From assembly GCA_035471925.1 (NCBI GenBank), contig DATIPO010000206.1, positions 28,002-92,001 of the forward strand: DNA of 64,000 nucleotides. The letters run 5' to 3'. Shown piece by piece: positions 10,001 to 18,034 of the stretch. The position numbers and the translations under genes were made by a program. The notes beneath the pieces are model-generated. The model ran no database searches. It was not told where the DNA came from and saw nothing but the letters and a program-made list of their open reading frames with translations. The first letter of the stretch is position 1, and each line of letters begins with the position of its first letter. The DNA comes from Acidobacteriota bacterium (lineage in GTDB: Bacteria > Acidobacteriota > UBA6911 > RPQK01 > DATIPO01).

Positions 10001-11432
10001 GATCGGTGGAGTCGTTTATGGTCACCCGCAAGTCGGCTTCCTGGCCGGGCGGGGGAGGGGGCGCCTGCTCAGAAGGGTAGAGATGCAGCATGGCTGCTTC
10101 GTCGTCGCTTCCCAGGCTGGCCCCGCGTCCGTCGCCGTAGGCACTGGAACGCATGATGGCGCCCGAGACGGAGGAGTGGGCCAGTCCCAGCGCGTGTCCG
10201 ACCTCGTGGGCGAAGACCTCGGCTGCGTTCTTGCCGTTGTTGCCGGCGAAGAAGCAGCCGGCGCCGTCCTGAGTGACGACTTCGCCTTCCATGGCGCGAT
10301 GGTAGTTCTCGCCCTGAAAGTTCTGGGTGGAGGTGGTGAAGTAGGGTCCGCCAAGGGCCAGAACGCCTCCCGAACCGCACTCGAAGGTGCCGTCGATGGT
10401 GTCGTTGGGATCGTCGAAAAGAACCGTGTTAACGCCGTCGCTGCCGTTGAACTCGCCTGTGGAAGTGGTGGTGCCGCCGTAGAACAGGTCGACGGTCGAT
10501 CCGGTCACGCCGCTCCAAGCGTCGAGGGCGTCCTCAACTTCGCTGAAGGCTCCGCCCGGGACCTCGGGAAGTCCGTCTTCGTGGGCCCGCCAGGTAACCG
10601 ATCCGCCCGAGTCGAAGGCGAACCAGCGGATGGGTGAGCCGTTCGACATCGTGAGTACGAAGCGGGGACGCGGAACCCGTCGGGGATCGATACTGGTGAA
10701 GTAGTCTGGAGGAGTGTCGGCAAAGGCGGATGGGCGGTCCGGCTGGTCGTCGATGGGCTGGGCTCCTGACCTCGCGCCACCAGGACCGGTGGGCTGCAGT
10801 TGGCTCCCGCCGCGGACGCCCGAAGGGTTGGCGGACGCCTGGCCCTGCAAGGCCAGCCAGTCGGCGAACCGTTCGAAGTCGCGCGCCCTCTCAGGTTGGG
10901 CGCCGCCTGCGCGCGAGGCGAATCCCCGCGCGCCGTCCAGATCGCGCAGGGCCAGACTGCGCCCGCGGTAGAGGACTTGGTGGAAGGCCCCCAGCATGAG
11001 TTGGTGGATGCCCAGCGTTCCGTCATTGCGGTCCTGAAGAAAGAGGATGGCCCGGGAACCGCGCCGGAAGCGCGGGGAGGCGTCGATGCGGAGTCCGCTG
11101 CCGTCGGGATAGCGCCCGCCGGGAACGCTGACCGTCACCTGGTTTTGGCCGGTGGCGTTCTTGAGCCAGCGCAGGACTCGTACCTGGTAGCGCGTCCGTG
11201 GCGCTTCGCCCGCCTGCGGGCCCCGCCAGGAGAGCACTTCCACCACGGCGATATGATCGCTGCGCGCCGCCAAATCGGCGTCCGACATCATCACGAAGGA
11301 GGTGGCCAGGACCGTGGCGGTCAAGGCCAGCACCCAAGCGGCTAGAACCACTGCCGTCCGCAGCCGTCCTGGTTGCCGGTCAGATCGTCCCAAAGATGAA
11401 GAGTCCGCCCGAAAAGGGAAGTGGAGCACCAT
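7026..11432 (-). CDS. large secreted multidomain protein: metzincin-type zinc metalloprotease + 3x DUF11 repeat domains + thrombospondin-type-3-like Ca-binding repeat + C-terminal duplicated beta-sandwich domains
   Basis: ORF 7026..11582. Probable start at the internal Met (MVLHFPF…, nt 11432) followed by a hydrophobic signal/TM segment. HEVGHALGLAHS (HExxHxxGxxH zinc motif); DUF11-like repeats (DLSDPAAIGRELVYTLEVRNLGPS…); DSDFDGVPDLAED…DGNGDGTPD repeat. Confidence 0.7.
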   Translation of the reverse strand: MVLHFPFRADSSSLGRSDRQPGRLRTAVVLAAWVLALTATVLATSFVMMSDADLAARSDHIAVVEVLSWRGPQAGEAPRTRYQVRVLRWLKNATGQNQVTVSVPGGRYPDGSGLRIDASPRFRRGSRAILFLQDRNDGTLGIHQLMLGAFHQVLYRGRSLALRDLDGARGFASRAGGAQPERARDFERFADWLALQGQASANPSGVRGGSQLQPTGPGGARSGAQPIDDQPDRPSAFADTPPDYFTSIDPRRVPRPRFVLTMSNGSPIRWFAFDSGGSVTWRAHEDGLPEVPGGAFSEVEDALDAWSGVTGSTVDLFYGGTTTSTGEFNGSDGVNTVLFDDPNDTIDGTFECGSGGVLALGGPYFTTSTQNFQGENYHRAMEGEVVTQDGAGCFFAGNNGKNAAEVFAHEVGHALGLAHSSVSGAIMRSSAYGDGRGASLGSDDEAAMLHLYPSEQAPPPPPGQEADLRVTINDSTDPATAGSALAYSLEVANNGPDTAENVSLAVDLSNQTDYVSASSSTGSCSHSVGRVTCSLGDFTSGQSESVTVNVNVESSASGTLRSDASVSSSTDDPATGNNSDSETTFVPASGADVGVSVNDSPDPAVPGEVITYSVVVSNAGPESATNTQLSLDLPIQGQLAGVSPGGCSSSGSSLNCSLGTVGAGSQRNYTVNWQTPEDFTGTLRFEANVEADPSDPNSANNRRVASTRVEAQADLLIVKRDLSDPAAIGRELVYTLEVRNLGPSIAQDVTAFDDLPAQVELVEAEGCTLSGRQLRCPLGDLAPAQTRLVEVVVRPTQEGTLRNTARVTSDTPDPRSFNNSDDETTLVRGDSDFDGVPDLAEDEAPNQGDGNGDGTPDRNQRNVSTLRSVKGDLLTLEAPPGVDLSDVAAQQPPPLDPELEGVELPSGLLGFSASGLAPGQSVALTLWMHTTTAQPDSYFQYGPTPQDPSSHWYEFLFDGDTGAEVFNDRVVLHFRDGGRGDADRSANGVILDPGGPAVDGRTSPPEPPQPPQPAPLVMLAPYSLSAASDRFANDFVGLAVRSVEAQGGQVLFDGLTDTGQPAVPTRHEDLGNARQLSLTSSEVFDAPQITSIKAQGQGMDIQGFFMVGDSGLRRLDGIGASLEESNDLLFPLARESTDSDTVLHLFNPGDQPASVSITLLADATTSAQPSLSGQSQVINEVSRTLPAEGTLQAALSDLFPGQVTINGWMAVHSDRPLKGFQFRADADSFLSAAGRTAESTLRLLAPHFFVDANGGGSRLHLVNPGTTSIRATVRARDDASQLLGQGQLDLEPNQRRSADLSDLLGLQPEAGETISGFLEVTLAQVGAANPQPVPVLGAIEFGGNGFRSMLPLIAQGRRDSLFLHLAQSDEFNIFTGLALLNDEDAPAPITLRAFAPDGTLTASRTFSLQAGQRRVDLLNTPAFFGTAFEQVGGYLEVTADTPVIAFALFGDTRLRYLSAIESQPLLEE

Positions 11433-11618
11433 CGTCAACCTCGCCGCATCACCGTTCGACCGAGGCTCGCCCCGACCGCAGTATACAGAATTCAACCCGT
11501 CGTGAAGGCCCAGACTTCCCTCTCCTTTTCGGCACAGGCGGTCGAGAATTGGGTGATAGATCTCACAAAAAGCGTGCCGCATGCAAGGCCCCCGCCGTTT
11601 GAAGAGAACAAGGCAAGC

Positions 11619-12821
11619 TCAATCGAGGCGGCGGCGGAAGAGGCGGATGGAGGCGGCTAAGCCGGCGGCGAAGAAAACCAGCAGCCAAAGGACCTCCAGC
11701 CACTGCGTCCAGAGAGGGGCGCCCCGCAGCATGATGCCGCGGGTGAGGCGGATGTAGTGGGTCAGGGGCAAAAGCTCGCCCAGCCATTGGGCCGGATCGG
11801 GCATGGCCTCGAAAGGGAACATGAAGCCCGAGAGCAGCACTGACGGCAGGAAGAAGAAAAAAGAAAGCTGGGTGGCCTGGAGTTGGGATTCGGTCACCGA
11901 GGAGATGACCAGTCCCAACGTCAGGTTGGCCAGGATGAAGAAGAAAGAAGCCAACAGCAGGTCGAACAGCGATCCCTCCATGGGGACGGCGAAAATGACA
12001 AGCCCGGCGGCCAGGATGATGAGGATTTGGAGGATTCCGATGACTACGTAGGGCAGGATCTTGCCGATCATCAGCTCGCTGCGCTTAATGGGGGTGGCGA
12101 TGAGGAATTCGAAAGTGCCGCGCTCCCGCTCGCGCACCAGGGCCAGGGCCGTCATCAGGATCATGGTGGTGGTGAGGATCACTCCCAGCAGAGCCGGCAC
12201 CACGAACACTGCCGTGCGCAGTTGGGGGTTGAAAAAGGACAGCACCACGAATTCCACCGGACGCTCCCGCACCAGTTCGGGCTCCAGTCCGAAGCGTCCC
12301 CGGTTGCGTGATGCGCGCAAGGCGCCAGACTCGCCGGGATTGACCTCGAAGAGCTGGATCTCGTGCTCGATGACCTCCGAGAGTCCGGCCGCGGAAGTGC
12401 GCACCGAGCGGGCCAGGACGGGGTCGGAGGCGTCCACCAGGATGGCGATCTGGGCTCCTCGTCCGCGCCTGTAGCGCCGGTCGAAATCAGGCGGGATCAA
12501 GATCGCCGCCCGCACTTCTCCCTGGCGCAGCAGGGACCGGGCCTGCACTTCGCTGTCGGCGTGATGGGTGACGCGGAAGGTCTGGGTGGCTTGCAGGCGT
12601 CCCACCATGCGGCGCGAGACTTCGGAGTTGGCCCGGTCGACCAAAGCGGTGGAAACCCGGCGGACGTCCTGGTTGATGGCGTAGCCGAAGAGGATGAGCT
12701 GCACCAGGGGCACGAAGACCACGAAGCCCATGGTCAGCCGGTCGCGGTAAAGCTGGCGGACCTCCTTGCGCGTCACCGAAGAAATGCGGCGCACGAATCC
12801 GGCCGGGAGGAATCGTTTCAT
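11619..12821 (-). CDS. ABC-2 type transporter permease
   Basis: 400 aa. N-terminal cytoplasmic segment, long periplasmic loop, then 5-6 C-terminal TM helices typical of ABC-2/YhhJ-type permeases. Overlaps the upstream ATPase gene by 4 nt. Confidence 0.8.
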   Translation of the reverse strand: MKRFLPAGFVRRISSVTRKEVRQLYRDRLTMGFVVFVPLVQLILFGYAINQDVRRVSTALVDRANSEVSRRMVGRLQATQTFRVTHHADSEVQARSLLRQGEVRAAILIPPDFDRRYRRGRGAQIAILVDASDPVLARSVRTSAAGLSEVIEHEIQLFEVNPGESGALRASRNRGRFGLEPELVRERPVEFVVLSFFNPQLRTAVFVVPALLGVILTTTMILMTALALVRERERGTFEFLIATPIKRSELMIGKILPYVVIGILQILIILAAGLVIFAVPMEGSLFDLLLASFFFILANLTLGLVISSVTESQLQATQLSFFFFLPSVLLSGFMFPFEAMPDPAQWLGELLPLTHYIRLTRGIMLRGAPLWTQWLEVLWLLVFFAAGLAASIRLFRRRLD

Positions 12822-13825
12822 GCGGCCTCCTCTCCGGCGCGCAGGTCTTCACCGTGGGTGAGGGCCACGAATACGTCTTCCAGGTTGGCCTCCACGGACG
12901 AGCCGTCCACGGGGCCCAAGCCGGCTTCCATCAGCCGGTCGGTGAGGGGCGCCAGCATCTGCTGGGAGGGGGGCGCGTCAGGACGCATGAGGACCCGCAG
13001 CGATCCCCCGATCTGGGCCACGCCCGAGACTTCGGGGACCTGGCGCAGCAGGGCAGCCGCTTCGTCCAGCCGCTCCAGCCGCAGGCGCAAGACACGTCCG
13101 CTCATGGCGCGCGACAATTCCGCCGGACGCCCTTCGATGGCCTTGCGTCCGCGCCGCATCATGCACAGCCGGTAGCAGCGGATGGCTTCGTCCATGTAGT
13201 GGGTCGAGACCAGGATGGTGGTCCCCCGCGCCGCCAGCAGGAAGAGCTTGTCCCAAAAGAGACGGCGGTTTTCAGGATCGACTCCGGCGGTGGGTTCGTC
13301 CAACACCAGCAGCTCAGGCCGGTGGATGTTGGCCGCCGCCAGGGCCAGACGCTGCCTCCATCCGCCGGAAAGCGTGGCGGGACGCTGCTTGCGGCGCTCC
13401 TGCAGTCCGAACTCGTGAAGCGCCTCTTCGACGCGTTCGCGGTGGGGCGAAATGCCGTAAACCTCGGCGGCAAATTCGAGGTTCTCTTCCACCGTCAGGT
13501 CTTGATAGAGGGAAAAACGCTGGGCCATGTATCCGATGCGGGTGCGCAGAGCGTCGGCCTGCTCGGGCATGCACAGCCCCAGGACTTCGACCTGGCCCTC
13601 GGTGGGCTTCATGAGTCCCATCAACATGCGCATCAGGGTCGACTTGCCGGCGCCGTTGGGTCCGAGAAAGCCGAAGACCTCGCCGCTGTCGACTTCGAGG
13701 TCGAGCGAGTCGACGGCGGTCAGCTCCCCGAAGCGCTTAGTGGCTCCCCGGGTGCGGATGGCGGGGTGCCCCTTGTTGGCGGAACGGGCCTCCTCAGGCA
13801 TTAAGGATCCTCCTCCCGCGACCAT
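12818..13825 (-). CDS. ABC transporter ATP-binding protein
   Basis: Walker A GPNGAGKST, signature LSGGWRQRL, Walker B LLVLDEP. Confidence 0.9.
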   Translation of the reverse strand: MVAGGGSLMPEEARSANKGHPAIRTRGATKRFGELTAVDSLDLEVDSGEVFGFLGPNGAGKSTLMRMLMGLMKPTEGQVEVLGLCMPEQADALRTRIGYMAQRFSLYQDLTVEENLEFAAEVYGISPHRERVEEALHEFGLQERRKQRPATLSGGWRQRLALAAANIHRPELLVLDEPTAGVDPENRRLFWDKLFLLAARGTTILVSTHYMDEAIRCYRLCMMRRGRKAIEGRPAELSRAMSGRVLRLRLERLDEAAALLRQVPEVSGVAQIGGSLRVLMRPDAPPSQQMLAPLTDRLMEAGLGPVDGSSVEANLEDVFVALTHGEDLRAGEEAA

Positions 13826-13909
13826 CCGCCGCAGCCTTTTCGGGACGTGTCCGATCGACAGCCCCTAAGTCCCTGACGGCCCGGCCCTGCGCCGCTCGCC
13901 GCGAACGGT

Positions 13910-14788
13910 TCATGAGGCGTCCTCTGCCGCGGGGGTGTCAGGGATGGTGAGGGTGACCTCAGCCACGATTCCGGGACGCAGTTGGGAAGGCGCGTCCTGC
14001 AGCTCGATGCGGGTCTCGAAGACCAAGTGGGCCCGCTCTTCCTCGGTCAGGGCGTAGTGAGGCGTGTACTCGGGCTCGCGGGCGATGTCGATGATGCGTC
14101 CTGTGAAAGCGCCGTCCAGTCCCTGCACCCGCACCTGAGCCTCGAGTCCGGGACGGGCCTTGGATGCCGCGCGGGCCGGCAGCCACACCCGCACCCAGGG
14201 ATTCTGATCGGCCAGCACAACCCCGACCACGCCTCCTGCCGGGACCCGTTCGCCTTCATCAAAGGGAATCTGGTCCACCACCCCCGCCGCCCGGCTGCGG
14301 ATGGAGAGGTCGGCCAGCCGCTTCTCGCTTTGCTTGAGACGCGCCGCGCATTCGGCCAGCGCCGCCTGAGCTTCGTCGCGCTCGCGGCGGGCCCGATCGA
14401 GCTCGCTGGTGGCCGACACGTTGGCGCGGCGCAGTCCCTCGATGCGCTGGAAATCCTTTTGCTCTTCGGTCAGAGTGGCTTCGGCGGCCCGGTAGACGGC
14501 CTGATTGGCCTTGAGCTCAGCCTCAGCCACCTCGGTGTCGAGCTGGGCAATCAATTCGCCCGCCTCCACCCGCTGTCCCACCTTGACCGGAATCTCCACG
14601 ATGATTTCCGACACCGGTGCCGCCAGCTCGATGTTCTTGCGCTCGACGGTCCCCACCAGCTCAAAGGTCTCTCCGCCCGAGCACCCGGCCAGAAAGAGCA
14701 GTCCTAGCGCCACAAGGGAGGCTGCTCCCAGCGAGCGGGTGATGCCTGTATGGGCCCTGTGGGAAGCAGATCTTGGTTCAACGACCAT
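13910..14788 (-). CDS. HlyD-family membrane fusion / secretion protein (lipoprotein)
   Basis: ORF 13910..14848. Likely start at the internal Met giving MVVEPRS…LAGCSG lipobox. Coiled-coil (EAELKANQAVYRAAEATLTEEQKDFQ) and beta-barrel segments typical of HlyD/MFP. Confidence 0.75.
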   Translation of the reverse strand: MVVEPRSASHRAHTGITRSLGAASLVALGLLFLAGCSGGETFELVGTVERKNIELAAPVSEIIVEIPVKVGQRVEAGELIAQLDTEVAEAELKANQAVYRAAEATLTEEQKDFQRIEGLRRANVSATSELDRARRERDEAQAALAECAARLKQSEKRLADLSIRSRAAGVVDQIPFDEGERVPAGGVVGVVLADQNPWVRVWLPARAASKARPGLEAQVRVQGLDGAFTGRIIDIAREPEYTPHYALTEEERAHLVFETRIELQDAPSQLRPGIVAEVTLTIPDTPAAEDAS

Positions 14789-14857
14789 GGCAAATCGTCG
14801 CAAAGCTTGCATGCGGCCAATGATACTGCATTGGACTGTGGAAATCATGGGACTGGC

Positions 14858-16060
14858 CTACTCGGGATCGGGGCGGTTGCGGCCGTAGTGGTCGTGGGCG
14901 GCGGCGAATTCGCCTGAGGCGATGGCGGCGCCCATCGAGATTTCCCCGGCCAGGGCCGTGGCGGCGGCGATTTCGGCCAGGCGCTTGGAATGGCCCGAGC
15001 CGTGGCAGCCCAGCAGTTGCAGGCACTCGCGCTGAGTCGGCAAGTCGGTGCCGCCTCCCACCGTGGCGATCTCCAGGGCGGGCAGAGTGACGGACACCAA
15101 CAGCCCCTCATCGCAGAGGCGGAAGTCGGTAATGCCGGCGCAGGCATTGGCCACGTTGGCGACGTCCTGCCCGGTGGCGATGAAAAGGGCGCACAGGCCG
15201 TTGGCAAGGTGTCCGCTGTAGCCCACGGCGTGGGCCGAGAGGTGTCCCAGGACGGTGGCATGCCACACGTCGTAGAGTCCCTGGGAGGACGTCCCCAGGT
15301 AGGTTTGAATGATCTTTTCGGGCAAGGTGGCCGAGGCCGTGGCCCATTTGCCCTTGCCCTCGGCCAGCAGGAATCCCGAGGCGCGCTTTTCCGAGCACTG
15401 TCCGCTGAAGATGTGGAATCCCGTGCAGCCGCAGCGCGAGGACATCCAGCGGCAGGCCTTGTCGGTGGCCCTGACGATCATGTTCATGCCCTGGGCGTCG
15501 CCGGTGTGATAACGGAAGGCGGCGATGACCTGGCGTCCGAAGACGCGGCAGCGGATGTCGAGCAGGCGTCCATGGGAAGTGGTGCTTTCAGCTTGGCGGC
15601 GGATGTCCTGGAAATGCTCCTCCACCCAACCGCCCAGCGAAGCGGCAGCCTCCACCGAATCGAAGAAAAAGGAAGGGCTGACCAGGTTGGCGTCGGCCAC
15701 CACCCGGGCTTCCACGCCTCCGGCCCGCGTCAGCGCTACCGAGCCCCGTTCAAAGGAGCGCACCAGAGCGCCTTCGCTGGTGGCCAGCGGAACGTAAAAC
15801 GTACCCTGAGCGTGCTCTCCCCGCACCTGCAACGGACCCGCTACCCCCAGCGGCACCTGAGCCGCTCCAATGGGATTCTCCAGGTTCCCGCGCAACTGCC
15901 GGGGATCAAATGAGAAGCGTCCCACATGCTCCAGCGAAGCCGCCGTCTTTTCTTGCAGCCATTTCCGCCGCTGATCGACACTCTCGCGGCTGTATCCGCC
16001 CTTGCGGTAGCGAGGAACCAGTCCCCGCTTGCTCCCATCGCTACGACCTTTGCCGTTCAT
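14858..16060 (-). CDS. hmgA: hydroxymethylglutaryl-CoA reductase, class I catalytic domain (soluble, no membrane anchor)
   Basis: Class I HMGR motifs: ENPIGAAQVPLGVAGPL, ATSEGALVRS, DAQGMNM, ATVGGGTDLPTQRECLQ. 400 aa. Confidence 0.85.
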   Translation of the reverse strand: MNGKGRSDGSKRGLVPRYRKGGYSRESVDQRRKWLQEKTAASLEHVGRFSFDPRQLRGNLENPIGAAQVPLGVAGPLQVRGEHAQGTFYVPLATSEGALVRSFERGSVALTRAGGVEARVVADANLVSPSFFFDSVEAAASLGGWVEEHFQDIRRQAESTTSHGRLLDIRCRVFGRQVIAAFRYHTGDAQGMNMIVRATDKACRWMSSRCGCTGFHIFSGQCSEKRASGFLLAEGKGKWATASATLPEKIIQTYLGTSSQGLYDVWHATVLGHLSAHAVGYSGHLANGLCALFIATGQDVANVANACAGITDFRLCDEGLLVSVTLPALEIATVGGGTDLPTQRECLQLLGCHGSGHSKRLAEIAAATALAGEISMGAAIASGEFAAAHDHYGRNRPDPE

Positions 16061-16166
16061 GGCGCAAGCTTAGCACGTCCATCTCAGATTGCACTTCGTC
16101 CTAACCAGAATCGGCGCTGACTCTCTTCGCCTATCGCTGAGCCAGGCGTGAGCGAGGGGTCCGGGG

Positions 16167-17375
16167 CTATCGACCCTCAGCCGACAGACGGGTCAGGATG
16201 CGGGCCAGTTTCTGCAGCGAGTCGAGGTTGTGGACGGGGAGGAAGTCGTCAACATGGGGCAGCAAAGCCTGGGCGCCGCGGGTGAGCGGTTCATAGCGTG
16301 GGCGGCCCAGCAGCGGATTGAGCCAGATGAGGCGGCGGCAACTGCGGGAGAGGCGGGCCGCCTCGCGGGCGAGAATCTCCGGCTCTCCCCGGTCCCACCC
16401 GTCGCTGATGAGGAGGACAACGGCGCCTTGTCCCAACAACCGCCGCGAGAAGTCGAAGTTGAAGCTGCGCAGTGCCGCTCCGATGCGGGTGCCGCCGCCC
16501 CAGTCGCGGACCTGGTGCCCCACCTCGCTGAGAGCCCGGTCCACCGACTTATGGCGCAGTGAAAGGGTGATGCGGCTGAGGCGGGTAGCGAAGACAAAGG
16601 ACTCGATGGGCGGTCCTCCGGCAGACTGCAGAACGTGCATGAAGTGCAGCAGCAGCCGCGTGTAGCTCTCCATGCTGCCCGAGATGTCGCACAGCAGGAC
16701 CAGGCGGCGCGGCTTGAGCTTGGGCAGGCGGGTGGGCAGGTGCAGCGGCTCCCCCAGGTGACGCAGCGACTGGCGCAGAAGACGGCGGACGTCGAGCCGG
16801 TGTCCGCGTCCGGGACGCAGGCGGCGGGAGCGGCGCAGCAGGCGCTTGAGGTCGAGTCCGGCCAAGAGGCGGCGGGCCATCTCCAGCTCCTCGGCCGACA
16901 TGTCTGCGAAGTCTTTGCGGCGCAGGACTTCCTGCTCGCTGGGCAGAGGCAGCAGGGCCAGTTGCTGCTCCTCGTCGTGCTGCGGCTGAGGCGAATCGCT
17001 GTCTTGGGAGTCCTCTTGAGAGCCGGCGGGCAGCATGCGCAGGCGCTTCTCGGGACGCTCTTCCCCCAGCGAGCGCAGATCGAGGCGGCTCCACTGCTCG
17101 TCACGCGTGCGCCAGAAGCGGCGAAAGGCCTCCTGGAAAGGCGCCAAGTGCTCGCGCCGCGACACCATCAGGCTCCTCAACACGTTGAAAACGTCGCCTT
17201 TGCGTCCCAGGTGGACGTACCGCAGGGCCCCGGCGGCTTCCCGCACCGTGTGGGGAGAAACGTCCATGCCCAGTCCCCGGCACAAGCGGGCGAAGAGCGT
17301 CAGATTGTGCAGCAGGTGTCCGCCTTGATAGGGGGCATCCGGATTCAGGAATTGACTTTCTCGGCTTTCAGACAT
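16167..17375 (-). CDS. VWA domain-containing protein (CoxE-like)
   Basis: ORF 16167..17495. Likely start MSESRESQF. MIDAS motif DISGSME; overall CoxE-family architecture. No MoxR/CoxD ATPase partner in the window. Confidence 0.65.
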   Translation of the reverse strand: MSESRESQFLNPDAPYQGGHLLHNLTLFARLCRGLGMDVSPHTVREAAGALRYVHLGRKGDVFNVLRSLMVSRREHLAPFQEAFRRFWRTRDEQWSRLDLRSLGEERPEKRLRMLPAGSQEDSQDSDSPQPQHDEEQQLALLPLPSEQEVLRRKDFADMSAEELEMARRLLAGLDLKRLLRRSRRLRPGRGHRLDVRRLLRQSLRHLGEPLHLPTRLPKLKPRRLVLLCDISGSMESYTRLLLHFMHVLQSAGGPPIESFVFATRLSRITLSLRHKSVDRALSEVGHQVRDWGGGTRIGAALRSFNFDFSRRLLGQGAVVLLISDGWDRGEPEILAREAARLSRSCRRLIWLNPLLGRPRYEPLTRGAQALLPHVDDFLPVHNLDSLQKLARILTRLSAEGR

Positions 17376-17883
17376 GGCGGTCGGCGAGCATTTTTTCCCG
17401 ATTCCCGCGGGGGGACGGATATAATCAAATTTGTTCCGGGGTTGCCGGGGATGAGAGAAATGTCGCTGCTTCGAGACTGGGCTGTGCGAATGCAAGCATT
17501 TCCAACTCGTCCCCCTTCACGGGATCGGGACTCGTCTCGTCCCGGGATCAGCGGGCCGTGAGCTTCCGAGCTTGCTCCAAGGCAAGGCAGCCCACACCCG
17601 CGACGACCCCGGAACACCTTCCATTCTAGCCGACCCTGCCTCCATCGCCCAACTTCCTCCGCTAAATCCAAACGAGTTCTCGCGTCTTCCGGTGAAATGA
17701 AGCTGCACTCCCAGCCACTCCTTCCGCAAGGCTGCGCAGGCAGTGTCGAGCGGTGCGCATGGGACGTTCGAAGTGGGCTGCGTCATAGGTCCGTCCCGCC
17801 AGCGTGGGCGCCTGCAGAAAAGCCGTTCCCAGAGGATAGCCGCGATGTCGATGACGGCGCGGCCGGCTTTGCGGCCGCGGAAA

Positions 17884-17967
17884 GTCCGGGCTCGCTGTAG
17901 GCGAGCCATACGCCAGCCCGGGGTCAGCCGCAGAACGCGAAGCGGGCTGCGAGCGCCACCCTGGGTT
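17884..17967 (+). repeat. intergenic repeat element copy A (~85 nt) with hairpin GGCTCGC-TGTAG-GCGAGCC
   Basis: Shares 26/26 identical nt (gtccgggctcgctgtaggcgagccat) plus downstream similarity through ccaccctgggt with 36547..36626 in inverse orientation. Begins with GGAAAGTCCGGGCTC, which resembles the RNase P RNA CR-I motif. Confidence 0.6.
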
Positions 17968-18034
17968 TCGAACCGAGGCGAGAATAAACCCCGAAGGGGT
18001 GTAATAAGGAAACAAGGCAGCGCCCAGGAACCGC

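Noticed and set aside
12363-13804. Plus-strand ORFs 12363..13175 and 12854..13804
   Set aside because: Antisense to ABC-2 permease and ABC ATPase genes.
17950-17975. tRNA-like T-arm (gggtttcgaacc)
   Set aside because: No matching acceptor, anticodon or D arms could be built on either strand. No other tRNA-like T-loops (GGTTCGAATCC) were seen in the window.
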